From: a virus
DNA: 64,000 bases
Direction: 5' to 3' (one strand)
Virus record (IMG/VR): IMGVR_UViG_3300030012_002072
Span: 11,570 to 75,569 of that record
The notes under the pieces were generated by a model, which saw only the letters and a list, made by a program, of their open reading frames with translations, was not told where the DNA came from and did no database searches. Positions 53,758 to 62,161 of this stretch are shown in pieces. Each line of letters opens with the position of its first letter. The stretch's first letter is position 1. The translations under genes and the position numbers were made by a program.

Positions 53758-54634
53758 TTTTACCCCCTATTAGTTTCAATTCTTTTTGAGTTGGATATTT
53801 TTTCAATACCTCTTTATTACCTAATCGAATCTGTCTTTTATCTTTAGCTGTCAATCCTCTTTTAATATAAGAGTTATGAACAGGTTTAATATAATTAACA
53901 TATTCTTTTTTAATTATATTTTTCCATTTACCCCAAAACAATGAGAGTAAACCAAATTCAAGTTTACTATCTCTCAATGCTGTATGAGATTCAACATAGG
54001 AAAAATCTTTTGTTCTGTATCGTTGGACACATTCAGCCGAATAAGAGTAATTTCCCCCCTCGGTCATTACTTGCTCTTTTAAATCATCATCAAGGTTATC
54101 AACATAATTTTGATAATCTCGATTCATATATAAAGAACTAGCAATATCCATGATACATAGAATATCAACATTTCTTGGCATATACCAAACATCATCTGTT
54201 AATTGAGAATGAGTGTGTCTAATTACTCCCCCTTTTTCTGATGATGTTCCAATGTCAAATTGAAAATTATAACTAGCCAAATAATCAACGCCCATTGTTT
54301 TGCACATTGTGTTGAATTCTAACATTATATCTTTCCAAGGTTTAACCTTATGAGGATTATCAATAGCGTCTTGCAACGCCCTCTCCATAGACTTGTTATA
54401 GGTATAACCTTGCTTATCCTTGAATTTTCCCTCAATCTTTTCTTGATGAAGAAAATATTTCAATTCTCGAATTACCTCTTTTGGATAATAATCCATAGTA
54501 AAAACCTCGAAAGAATCAGACTGTTCAAGGTCGCCAAAGGTCGCCCCGAAATGATAAACATATCGGGGATTCCCATTTTTCCAAGAGGTTTCTGTGTCTA
54601 TGACACAAGCAACAGTATGATTATTTTTGGTCAT
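53750..54634 (-). CDS. DEDDh 3'-5' exonuclease
   Basis: IDTET, YNFQFD, HTALRD. Confidence 0.8.
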   Translation of the reverse strand: MTKNNHTVACVIDTETSWKNGNPRYVYHFGATFGDLEQSDSFEVFTMDYYPKEVIRELKYFLHQEKIEGKFKDKQGYTYNKSMERALQDAIDNPHKVKPWKDIMLEFNTMCKTMGVDYLASYNFQFDIGTSSEKGGVIRHTHSQLTDDVWYMPRNVDILCIMDIASSLYMNRDYQNYVDNLDDDLKEQVMTEGGNYSYSAECVQRYRTKDFSYVESHTALRDSKLEFGLLSLFWGKWKNIIKKEYVNYIKPVHNSYIKRGLTAKDKRQIRLGNKEVLKKYPTQKELKLIGGKNG

Positions 54635-54815
54635 ACTTTCGCCCCTCTTTTTCAAAATAATATTTTGCTAGGTCAAGAATAATTTTCATTTGGTCAACCT
54701 TGGCTGTTCCTCTCTCGCAAGATTCAAACTTAGTTGAGCCATTTGAAATATATTCATTAACATCATTAACAAAAGATTTTCTTGAAAACGCTTTTTTATT
54801 TTCATCTTTAGCCAT
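54621..54815 (-). CDS. 64-aa hypothetical protein, weakly A2 C-terminal-like
   Basis: SRKSFVNDV ... FESCER; start at ATG 54815. Confidence 0.55.
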   Translation of the reverse strand: MAKDENKKAFSRKSFVNDVNEYISNGSTKFESCERGTAKVDQMKIILDLAKYYFEKEGRKYDQK

Positions 54816-54883
54816 ATTAAATATTCCTAAATATTGGGGCAATTTTGAAAAGGTATTGCCCCTTAAACCCACGAAATGAAAAC

Positions 54884-55099
54884 CTATCCATTTCTTAGTT
54901 TTTGTTTGAGAGAACGAATTAAACCATTATAAGCATTTATTCGTTTTTCAAACGCTTTATATTCAGCCCCAAGTTGTTTAGTTAGTTTAACATTTCTGTT
55001 AGCTTTTCTAAAGAGGTCTAGTTTTTGCTTTTCGGCTAGTCTATCCCTTTCAGCTTGGTGTTTAGCTTTCAATAAGTGCATATATAATCTATCGTGCAT
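54884..55099 (-). CDS. hypothetical basic helical protein
   Basis: GGGGGC RBS; TAATG overlap. Confidence 0.6.
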   Translation of the reverse strand: MHDRLYMHLLKAKHQAERDRLAEKQKLDLFRKANRNVKLTKQLGAEYKAFEKRINAYNGLIRSLKQKLRNG

Positions 55100-55182
55100 T
55101 ATCTCGCCCCCAAATATGCAATGACCATAACCATTGCGAATAATGAAAGCATTGCCATTATCGGATTAAATATAAATTCCAT
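55099..55182 (-). CDS. 27-aa single-TM peptide MEFIFNPIMAMLSLFAMVMVIAYLGAR, first gene of the putative pre-early operon
   Basis: AGGAG RBS, upstream promoter, coupled to next gene. Confidence 0.6.
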   Translation of the reverse strand: MEFIFNPIMAMLSLFAMVMVIAYLGAR

Positions 55183-55216
55183 ATTTTTTCTCCTATAAAA
55201 TTAAATATGAAATATA

Positions 55217-55383
55217 AGTATAAACATTTATTGAATGTTTTGCAAAACATTTGCGAAATGTTGCGAAAAAATTGTTGCAAAGAATTCACAGAAATTGCTT
55301 GAATTTTTGTTCAAATTCGTGTAAGAAAATTCTCAAAAAAAGTGTTCACAAAAGTTGCAAAAACTTCGTGCATGGTTTAAAAT
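55217..55383. promoter_or_regulatory. divergent TTGCAA-type promoters separated by TTGCRA repeats
   Basis: Minus: TTGCAA 55240-55245 / TATACT 55217-55222. Plus: TTGCAA 55355-55360 / TAAAAT 55378-55383. 17-nt spacers. Confidence 0.65.
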
Positions 55384-55462
55384 TACTGTAAGTAATTTTA
55401 AACCACGATCGATTTTATCTAGGTTGGTTGAATCGAAAAGGGAAAAGGAGTAAAATAGAATT

Positions 55463-55654
55463 ATGAAAAATGAAGAAAGATATAGAGTTGAATTGAGTCT
55501 GAATGTTTGGGCTGAATCTGATGAACAAGCAAAAGAGATTGCTGAATCTATTGTTGAAGAACAAAAGAAAAGATTTGATAATCGTTGCATGATAATCGGA
55601 TTATGGGAAAGTCCATTCGGAAGATTGCAAGAAAGACAATTAGAATTATTCTAG
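55463..55654 (+). CDS. hypothetical protein
   Basis: AAGGAG RBS; V.AES.E.AKE.A motif. Confidence 0.65.
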   Translation: MKNEERYRVELSLNVWAESDEQAKEIAESIVEEQKKRFDNRCMIIGLWESPFGRLQERQLELF

Positions 55655-55818
55655 TCTAGGCATATGCTAACACGCTCTCTGAGAGGGCGTGTGAGCGTTC
55701 TAAAATCGGCGCCAACTATACATTGAGGGTGGTTATAAGCGCTTCATACAGAGCGTCTCTGTGCGTCCTATGGCATATTTATTGTCAGAGGTCGGTCAAT
55801 GTAGAGGTGAAAATGCTA

Positions 55819-55837
55819 AATGCGAATGATTATCATT
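55819..55837. promoter_or_regulatory. Fur box-like site
   Basis: AATGCGAAT-G-ATTATCATT matches 16/18 of the 9-1-9 consensus AATGATAAT-N-ATTATCATT. Confidence 0.65.
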
Positions 55838-55924
55838 TACAAAAAAGTAAGTGCTTACTAACATTGCATGGCTCAGCCAATCCTGTATAATATACCCATG
55901 ATTAAGAAAAAAGGAGTAAATATT

Positions 55925-56158
55925 ATGGAATTTGAAAAAACCGACATCTGCCTTATAAATGACGTGTGGGCGTTTCTAAGCGCCTGTGAGGACGGCTATT
56001 TGGTTGATGATTGTTTTAGCATCTCTTCAAAAAAAGAGCTTGCTGGGTGGCTTCTCTTTGAGTCTCAGAGCATCAAGAAGGATTATTATTGGAAGGATGC
56101 GGATATTTGGGAGCAAGCATTATTTGTAAAAAAAGGAGTTGAAAAATATGGTAAGTAA
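55925..56158 (+). CDS. hypothetical protein
   Basis: AAGGAG RBS; promoter TTGCAT 55864 / TATAAT 55886. Confidence 0.6.
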   Translation: MEFEKTDICLINDVWAFLSACEDGYLVDDCFSISSKKELAGWLLFESQSIKKDYYWKDADIWEQALFVKKGVEKYGK

Positions 56159-56393
56159 ATTATTTCAAAAACAATTAACTATTAAAACCAAATTCAATCC
56201 TGCTAACCTTGAAGATGTTAAGGCATTTGAAAATGCTTGCAGTATCTTAGAGGAACAAGGAGTAGAATTTGAGAAGGGTATCGAAACAGTAGCGACAGAA
56301 TTTGCTAAGAAATTATATTTTAGATATTCGCTAGTTACTGACATCATCATTTGGATAGTGATACCTCTAGTTAGTTTAATTATACTCTTATAG
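56148..56393 (+). CDS. hypothetical protein with C-terminal TM anchor
   Basis: AAGGAG RBS; hydrophobic tail. Confidence 0.6.
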   Translation: MVSKLFQKQLTIKTKFNPANLEDVKAFENACSILEEQGVEFEKGIETVATEFAKKLYFRYSLVTDIIIWIVIPLVSLIILL

Positions 56394-56523
56394 GGTAGGG
56401 CGGTTAGTTGACTAGTCAACTGCCGTCAGCTCTGACACCCCCACGCGTACAACTTTTGAAAAATTCGCGAACTCATAAAAAGACGCGTCGTATGCATCAT
56501 GATGATGCTCCCATAAATACTTC

Positions 56524-56552
56524 TTGACACGAGGATGAAAATTTGATATAAT
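56524..56552 (+). promoter_or_regulatory. promoter of the terS operon (leaderless start)
   Basis: TTGACA (56524-56529), 17 nt, TATAAT (56547-56552); ATG 6 nt downstream. Confidence 0.85.
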
Positions 56553-56558
56553 TCAAAT

Positions 56559-57017
56559 ATGAAGAATGAAATTGTAACCAAAATGAGTCCAGAGGGATTA
56601 GAAATCGCAAATGCCTACTTAGAGCTGGGGAACGCCCAAGCTGTATGCATTAAATTAGGTGTAGATGAAAACACCATACAAGAATACTTAGGTAAAAGAG
56701 AAATCAAACAATACATAGACCAAGTATATTTAGACACAGGTTACAGAAATAGATTTAAACTAGCAAATACTCTGGACGACTTAATTGATAAAAAGCTAGA
56801 AGAAGCAGATGAAAGTCAGATTTATACTAACAAAGACCTAGCGGACTTGATACAAATGGCACACAAGATGCGTATGGATGAAATCAAGGCTATGGCAGAG
56901 TTAGAAAAGGCAAAAGCCTCTAATATTAAAAACCAAACTAATGTGCAGATTAACAGCGAGTTACCATTCGGACAAGGGAATTATGGTAAACTTATGGAAA
57001 AACTACTCAATAAGTAA
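56559..57017 (+). CDS. terS: terminase small subunit (T5-like)
   Basis: MSPEG....AYL, GYRNR, KKLEE, AHKMRMDE, NQTNVQ resemble T5 TerS. Confidence 0.82.
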   Translation: MKNEIVTKMSPEGLEIANAYLELGNAQAVCIKLGVDENTIQEYLGKREIKQYIDQVYLDTGYRNRFKLANTLDDLIDKKLEEADESQIYTNKDLADLIQMAHKMRMDEIKAMAELEKAKASNIKNQTNVQINSELPFGQGNYGKLMEKLLNK

Positions 57018-57244
57018 TGTACGCTTATATGAGACTATTAGAGGAGGAAGGTATGGAAGTAATATCCACCTATGTTAATGAACCGCTTAGAGCGGATGTA
57101 ATTGTAAAAAATGGAGTATTCGGTATAAAGATGTTTGACAAGTACGGAGAACATATCAAAACCGAACTTTATAAAGGACATAGTGAAATCTATGCAGAAA
57201 ATGCAGCGGAGAACTATGTCTTCGGAATAAAAAATGCCCTATAG
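57017..57244 (+). CDS. conserved phage hypothetical protein
   Basis: HSEIYAENAAENYV. Confidence 0.6.
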   Translation: MYAYMRLLEEEGMEVISTYVNEPLRADVIVKNGVFGIKMFDKYGEHIKTELYKGHSEIYAENAAENYVFGIKNAL

Positions 57245-57647
57245 TAAAGAAGTAGTCAGAAGGTTTGAAGAAGTACTAAATAGTCCTAAGCAATTTAGTG
57301 TAGGACGCTTTGACCCTAATGACCCCGCTGTAGCTACTGGAATGACAGGAGCACCAGCGTGTGGAGATGTAATGAAACTCCAACTCAAACTTGACGAGGA
57401 CAGTAGAATAATAGATGTTAAGTTTAAAACTTACGGATGTGGGAGCGCTATCGCGTCATCCACAATGTTTGTAGAAATGTTGAAAGGCAGGACTATAGAA
57501 GAGGCAAAACTCATAAAGGATAAGGATATAGCAAAAGCATTAGATTTACCACCAATTAAACTTCACTGCTCAGTTCTAGCAGAGGATAGCATAAAGAAAG
57601 CTATCGCTAACTGGGAAGAAAAATGTTTAAACAAATCAACAAATTAA
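57234..57647 (+). CDS. iscU: Fe-S cluster scaffold IscU
   Basis: GAPACGDVM, FKTYGCGSAIAS, LPPIKLHCSVLAE. Confidence 0.95.
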   Translation: MPYSKEVVRRFEEVLNSPKQFSVGRFDPNDPAVATGMTGAPACGDVMKLQLKLDEDSRIIDVKFKTYGCGSAIASSTMFVEMLKGRTIEEAKLIKDKDIAKALDLPPIKLHCSVLAEDSIKKAIANWEEKCLNKSTN

Positions 57648-57689
57648 TGAAAGCAGGAAGAATCCATAGAGTATGGAATGCAATGGAAA

Positions 57690-57860
57690 ATGGGAAAAGG
57701 AAGCAAAAGAAGACCAAAGCTAATAAGTCAAGAGCAGTTTGAAGATAACTGGGATAAAATCTTTGGTAGAAAAATAACACCGAATCATGGAAAAACTCAG
57801 CGTCATACAGATAGAACCAAAGTTATACCAAGAAAACAAAAGTATAATAGAGTTAACTAA
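57690..57860 (+). CDS. small basic hypothetical protein
   Basis: MGKGSKRRP ... NWDKIF. Confidence 0.6.
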   Translation: MGKGSKRRPKLISQEQFEDNWDKIFGRKITPNHGKTQRHTDRTKVIPRKQKYNRVN

Positions 57861-58161
57861 TGAAGCGTATTCTCGACTCCATCAAAGAGCGGAAAAGGAG
57901 AGCTGCAGTGCTTTCCGAGTTGCTCTTGTTGGTGGTGGTTGTGGGGGCTATAAGTATCTTTTCGATTATTGTAGGTCTCTTGAGCCAGGAGATGTTACTA
58001 TTGATTACGGACAAATAAGTTTAGTACTAGATAAACAATCTGCGCCATACTTACGAGGAATGACATTGGATTATGTAATTGAAGGACTTAATGAAGAATT
58101 TAGATTCATAAATCCAAATGCTACTTACTCATGTGGTTGTGGCGAAAGCGTAGGGTTTTAA
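57787..58161 (+). CDS. iscA: A-type Fe-S carrier IscA/HesB (true start uncertain)
   Basis: GGGCGG..Y, LDY, F.F.NPNA..SCGCGES. Confidence 0.92.
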   Translation: MEKLSVIQIEPKLYQENKSIIELTNEAYSRLHQRAEKESCSAFRVALVGGGCGGYKYLFDYCRSLEPGDVTIDYGQISLVLDKQSAPYLRGMTLDYVIEGLNEEFRFINPNATYSCGCGESVGF

Positions 58162-58463
58162 TGGAAGAATATACAATATTTAATTTTATTAGTGATGTAG
58201 GAGCACCAATCGCGGCAGCGGTATTTATGGGTGGTTTTATATTTATCATCATACGAAAAATTATGGAAGATGTCGTAGGAGATACTGAAGAATTAAAAGG
58301 AATTTGTAAAATGTTGATTACTCGTATAAAAGTTATGAATAACGACATGATACGAATAGATGTAAGCGTTAGTTCTGCACTTGAGCTTGCACCTGATTTA
58401 GATAGAATATCAAGAGCAGAAAACTTTGTAGAGGACGGCACTATAGACGCTAGAAGAGATTAA
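58161..58463 (+). CDS. membrane protein (YvrJ/holin-like), paralog A
   Basis: VGAPIAAA TM, MNNDMIRI. Confidence 0.65.
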   Translation: MEEYTIFNFISDVGAPIAAAVFMGGFIFIIIRKIMEDVVGDTEELKGICKMLITRIKVMNNDMIRIDVSVSSALELAPDLDRISRAENFVEDGTIDARRD

Positions 58464-58717
58464 TGGAAGACATCGCAGAAATTATACAAATGTTTGGATT
58501 CCCGATACTAGCTATGCTAGGACTCGGATATTTCGTTTATTTTGTTTGGACTACAATTACGGAGAAGATTGACCCAGCAACCGAAGAAATGAAAATGACT
58601 GTTCTTAAGTTAATCGACCAGATTAGACTTATGGACAATGATATGATTCGCTTGCAAAAGAAACTGGATACAGTTTTACAAATGAAAGAAAATGCAAAAA
58701 AGAAAGATGACAGATGA
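58463..58717 (+). CDS. membrane protein (YvrJ/holin-like), paralog B
   Basis: FGFPILAM TM, MDNDMIRL. Confidence 0.65.
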   Translation: MEDIAEIIQMFGFPILAMLGLGYFVYFVWTTITEKIDPATEEMKMTVLKLIDQIRLMDNDMIRLQKKLDTVLQMKENAKKKDDR

Positions 58718-59180
58718 TAGAGTTGCAAATGGCGTAGTAGGAGCTTTAATAGTTCTTTGTATAGTAGCCATGGGAACATCTCTTCAAGCTGATGAAATTA
58801 AATTTGGATTCAAGAATCCTTCTTTTAGTGGTGTAGGTACATCTTCACACTACTTAACCATTGACTCACAAGAGATGTCAAGAAAAGACGCAATTAAAGC
58901 AGAAATTAAAGCACTCAAAGAAGCAGCGGAAAGAGAGGAAGCGAATAGCACTCTCGCTAGATTTATAAAGAACTTTGAGAGTAGAGTATACGCACAGTTA
59001 TCTCGACAGCTGGTAGACCAGTTATTCGGAGAGAATCCTGCAACGGAAGGGTCATTCCAACTATTTGATAATCTCATTACATGGACTTCAGATGGTGTTT
59101 CAATTACAATGACCATATTTAATGAGAGCACAGGTGAGACAACCACTATTACTATTCCTATCGGCGATTTTGGTTTCTAG
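58692..59180 (+). CDS. csgF: curli assembly protein CsgF-like
   Basis: Signal peptide, F.FKNPSFSG, QLSRQL...LFG, TGETTTI.IP. Confidence 0.85.
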   Translation: MQKRKMTDDRVANGVVGALIVLCIVAMGTSLQADEIKFGFKNPSFSGVGTSSHYLTIDSQEMSRKDAIKAEIKALKEAAEREEANSTLARFIKNFESRVYAQLSRQLVDQLFGENPATEGSFQLFDNLITWTSDGVSITMTIFNESTGETTTITIPIGDFGF

Positions 59181-59979
59181 TTGCGCAAACTGGACACATT
59201 ATAGTTATGTGTCTCCTTGCGTAACAAACCCAGACGGCGACTACAAAGATGTAGTAACTATTATCGGAAAAGCGCAATGCTTTTCTGGGGATGCTATCAT
59301 CAATGAACCCGTTACAGATGCAATTCAAAATGTTCCACAACCATCACGATATCCTGTGGTGGCCGTATATAAATTTACAGATTCAACAGGACAAAGAAAG
59401 AGTGTCGATGGTATTGCTAGTTTCAGCACTGCTGTTACTATGGCTCCCGAAACATACCTCATAAGGGCACTCAAACAGTCTGGCTTTTTCAAGGTTGTGG
59501 AAAGAGGTGGTCTAGACCATCTAACAAGAGAAAGACAACTTATAAGACAGACTAGACAAAGTTTTAATGATGAAGACGAGCAACTTCCACTACTGTTCGC
59601 TGGATTAATCATTGAAGGGGGTATAGTGGATTATAACACTAATCTATTAACAGGAGGTATAGGTGCTAGATATTTAGGCATTGGTAACTCCAAGCAATAT
59701 CGTGAGGACACCGTAGTGGTCTCATTAAGACTAGTTTCTGTGAGTACAGGAGAGATCTTAATGGAAATCCTTACGTCAAAGAAAATACTCTCTGTCGGAG
59801 TATCAAATGATTTCTTTAGGTTTATAGCAGAAGGCACAAAGCTCGTAGAGTTTGAAAGCGGTACTGCAATGAATGAAAGTAAATCTATTGCAATACAAGC
59901 AGCGCTTGAAACTGCAGTAGTTCAAATGATAAAAGACGGCAAAGAGAAAGGGTACTGGAAGTACTGGGGAGAGAAGTAA
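59122..59979 (+). CDS. csgG: curli secretion channel CsgG-like lipoprotein
   Basis: Lipobox SSC, VAVYKFTD.TGQRK, FSTAVT, VER.GLD.L.RERQLIR, GGIGARYLGIG. Confidence 0.93.
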   Translation: MRAQVRQPLLLFLSAILVSSCANWTHYSYVSPCVTNPDGDYKDVVTIIGKAQCFSGDAIINEPVTDAIQNVPQPSRYPVVAVYKFTDSTGQRKSVDGIASFSTAVTMAPETYLIRALKQSGFFKVVERGGLDHLTRERQLIRQTRQSFNDEDEQLPLLFAGLIIEGGIVDYNTNLLTGGIGARYLGIGNSKQYREDTVVVSLRLVSVSTGEILMEILTSKKILSVGVSNDFFRFIAEGTKLVEFESGTAMNESKSIAIQAALETAVVQMIKDGKEKGYWKYWGEK

Positions 59980-60692
59980 TGAGAATATTACTCTTATTAT
60001 TATCCTTTGGTTTATATGCAGACAACGAAATTTACATAGACCAGACTGGAAACAATGTCGCAATTGACATAGAGCAACTTGGATCAAACAACCTTATTGG
60101 TGGTGACGATGCAGTAAGCGGCACTATGACAAAAGCTATCTTAAACGGTGGCACATGGGCATTAGATATTAACCAGATTGGTTCTTCAAATAAATTTCTA
60201 ACTGACGGTATAATAGGTGAAAACTTTACTGGTTTCTTCGAATTTGATGGAGATTCAAATACATTCGAGTTTTCTATGGATACTACAGGACTAAATACAG
60301 TTGACTTTGCAAACATCAATGTAGATGTCACAGGTAGCTCAAACGTTTTTGATTGGGATATCGGTGAGGATGCAGGAGCAAGTTATTTAGACTTAGATTT
60401 AATACTAGATGGAGACAGTAACGATTTAACATTCGATATAGACTCCGACTATTATACTTCGTATATAGACATCCTAGGGGATAGTAATACAATGGAACTA
60501 ACCAAAAGTGGTTACGGAGACTCATCAAGTGATGCAGGTTATTTTTACTTAGACTTAAATGGTAGTACAAATACTATTGAGATACAACAAAAATCAACAC
60601 TCGCACTTGATTGGTTAAAAATAGAAAGTGATGCGTCAAACAGTAACATCTGTGTTATTCAGTCTGATGGTGGTACATCCACTAGCTGCTGA
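59979..60692 (+). CDS. secreted curlin-like repeat protein (CsgA/CsgB-like)
   Basis: Signal peptide; repeated I.Q.G..N / V.G.SN units; acidic beta-solenoid pattern; follows csgG. Confidence 0.7.
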   Translation: MRILLLLLSFGLYADNEIYIDQTGNNVAIDIEQLGSNNLIGGDDAVSGTMTKAILNGGTWALDINQIGSSNKFLTDGIIGENFTGFFEFDGDSNTFEFSMDTTGLNTVDFANINVDVTGSSNVFDWDIGEDAGASYLDLDLILDGDSNDLTFDIDSDYYTSYIDILGDSNTMELTKSGYGDSSSDAGYFYLDLNGSTNTIEIQQKSTLALDWLKIESDASNSNICVIQSDGGTSTSC

Positions 60693-61734
60693 TATAGGAA
60701 GCATTACAGAACTACGCGGGCAAGGTGCCGTCATTCGTGATGACACCTTCCCTGCAACTTTAGAACAAGACATTCAACAAATGGATGATGTACGAACAGC
60801 TAATGGGCGACTCGGAATCACATTCATAGATGATAGTCAAGTTCGACTCACAGAGCATAGCAAACTTGTTATAGACGAAGTAATCTTTGACCCTAATCCA
60901 AATAAGTCAAAGATGACAATGCAATTTGCAAGTGGTACTGCTCGATTTATCACTGGTAAGATAGGACAGATAAACAAACAGAATATCAACATCAGTACAC
61001 CAACAGCACAAATCGCAATTCGAGGAACAGATTTTACTGTTACCGTTGATGAGTTCGGTAAGTCATTGGTGATACTCTTACCAGATGCAAACGGACTGCC
61101 CTCTGGCGAGATTGTAGTAGCAACCGCTTTAGGACAGGTAATATTAAATAAACCGTATCAATCTACTGTTACGACTGTATGGGAACAGAGTCCTACTAAA
61201 CCTGTTATCCTCGACCTAACACTAGATCTGATAGACAATCTTTTGATTGTATCACCACCAAAGAAAAATGAAGAATTACAACAAACTGAGGGATCGTCTG
61301 GAAGTGACAGCTCTAGTACTAATATTCTTGATATCGACTACCTCGCTTACGACGGGCTCGATGTAGACTTATTAGAATACGAAGATGAATTTGTAGAACT
61401 AGACATAGATTATCTAGGAACAAACTTCTTAGAAGATTTACTTGAAATAATAGAACAAGTAGATGAACTTGATAATAATGAACTGGCTTCAGTCGGAGTA
61501 GCGCCTGTAGATTTAAAAGGTACTACATTCGGACAAGATGCAAGCACACAGATAACAACTTTTGGAGATGCAGAGTTCTTTACTCTGATTCGAGAAGTAA
61601 ATCAAAGTGTGAGATTAGACATAAATGGACAAACTGGATATAACATCATATTGGAACAAGATGGTAAAAGTTACAATGTTGTCATTGGCAATGGTGCCGA
61701 TGTCACTATTAGCATCAAGCAATCAAGCGGCTAA
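60628..61734 (+). CDS. secreted FecR-domain protein
   Basis: D.VRT..G...I.F.D.S...L...S, TPTA.IAIRGTDF. Confidence 0.85.
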   Translation: MMRQTVTSVLFSLMVVHPLAADIGSITELRGQGAVIRDDTFPATLEQDIQQMDDVRTANGRLGITFIDDSQVRLTEHSKLVIDEVIFDPNPNKSKMTMQFASGTARFITGKIGQINKQNINISTPTAQIAIRGTDFTVTVDEFGKSLVILLPDANGLPSGEIVVATALGQVILNKPYQSTVTTVWEQSPTKPVILDLTLDLIDNLLIVSPPKKNEELQQTEGSSGSDSSSTNILDIDYLAYDGLDVDLLEYEDEFVELDIDYLGTNFLEDLLEIIEQVDELDNNELASVGVAPVDLKGTTFGQDASTQITTFGDAEFFTLIREVNQSVRLDINGQTGYNIILEQDGKSYNVVIGNGADVTISIKQSSG

Positions 61735-62161
61735 GTTAGATTTAACACTACCTGAGATTCCATTTAACTACGAACAGATAGAACAAGATTCTTTACGAAT
61801 ACAAGAAGCAATAAATAAGCGTGCTAGATTTGTACAAATAAAGAATGAACCAAGTAAAAGAACATTAAGAACTTATTACATTCTTAATTTTATTGATATG
61901 ACAACTTCATATCATATGACTAACAATCATCCGAATATAAAGGAAGCTAACTTTCTATTGCCGGAAAAGCCTACTGCTGCAGAATTTTTAATACACAAAT
62001 CTGTTACAGCCCCTTTTGCTGCAGCTAATTTAGAGGAGGGGCAAATGGTATTAGTAAACTGGTTGCTTGCAGGAGTAATAGTAAGAAACTTATACTTATA
62101 TAAAACAACTTGCAAACAATCTGCTAACTATGACATTACAGGAAGAAATATAAATTGTTAA
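61625..62161 (+). CDS. hypothetical exported/membrane protein (start uncertain)
   Basis: Signal-like segment, D..TS and EAN motifs; operon packing. Confidence 0.55.
   Translation: MDKLDITSYWNKMVKVTMLSLAMVPMSLLASSNQAAKLDLTLPEIPFNYEQIEQDSLRIQEAINKRARFVQIKNEPSKRTLRTYYILNFIDMTTSYHMTNNHPNIKEANFLLPEKPTAAEFLIHKSVTAPFAAANLEEGQMVLVNWLLAGVIVRNLYLYKTTCKQSANYDITGRNINC

Noticed and set aside
55333-56419. Minus-strand ORFs 55333-55590 and 56165-56419
   Set aside because: Antisense to plus-strand ORFs that have AAGGAG RBSs and promoters
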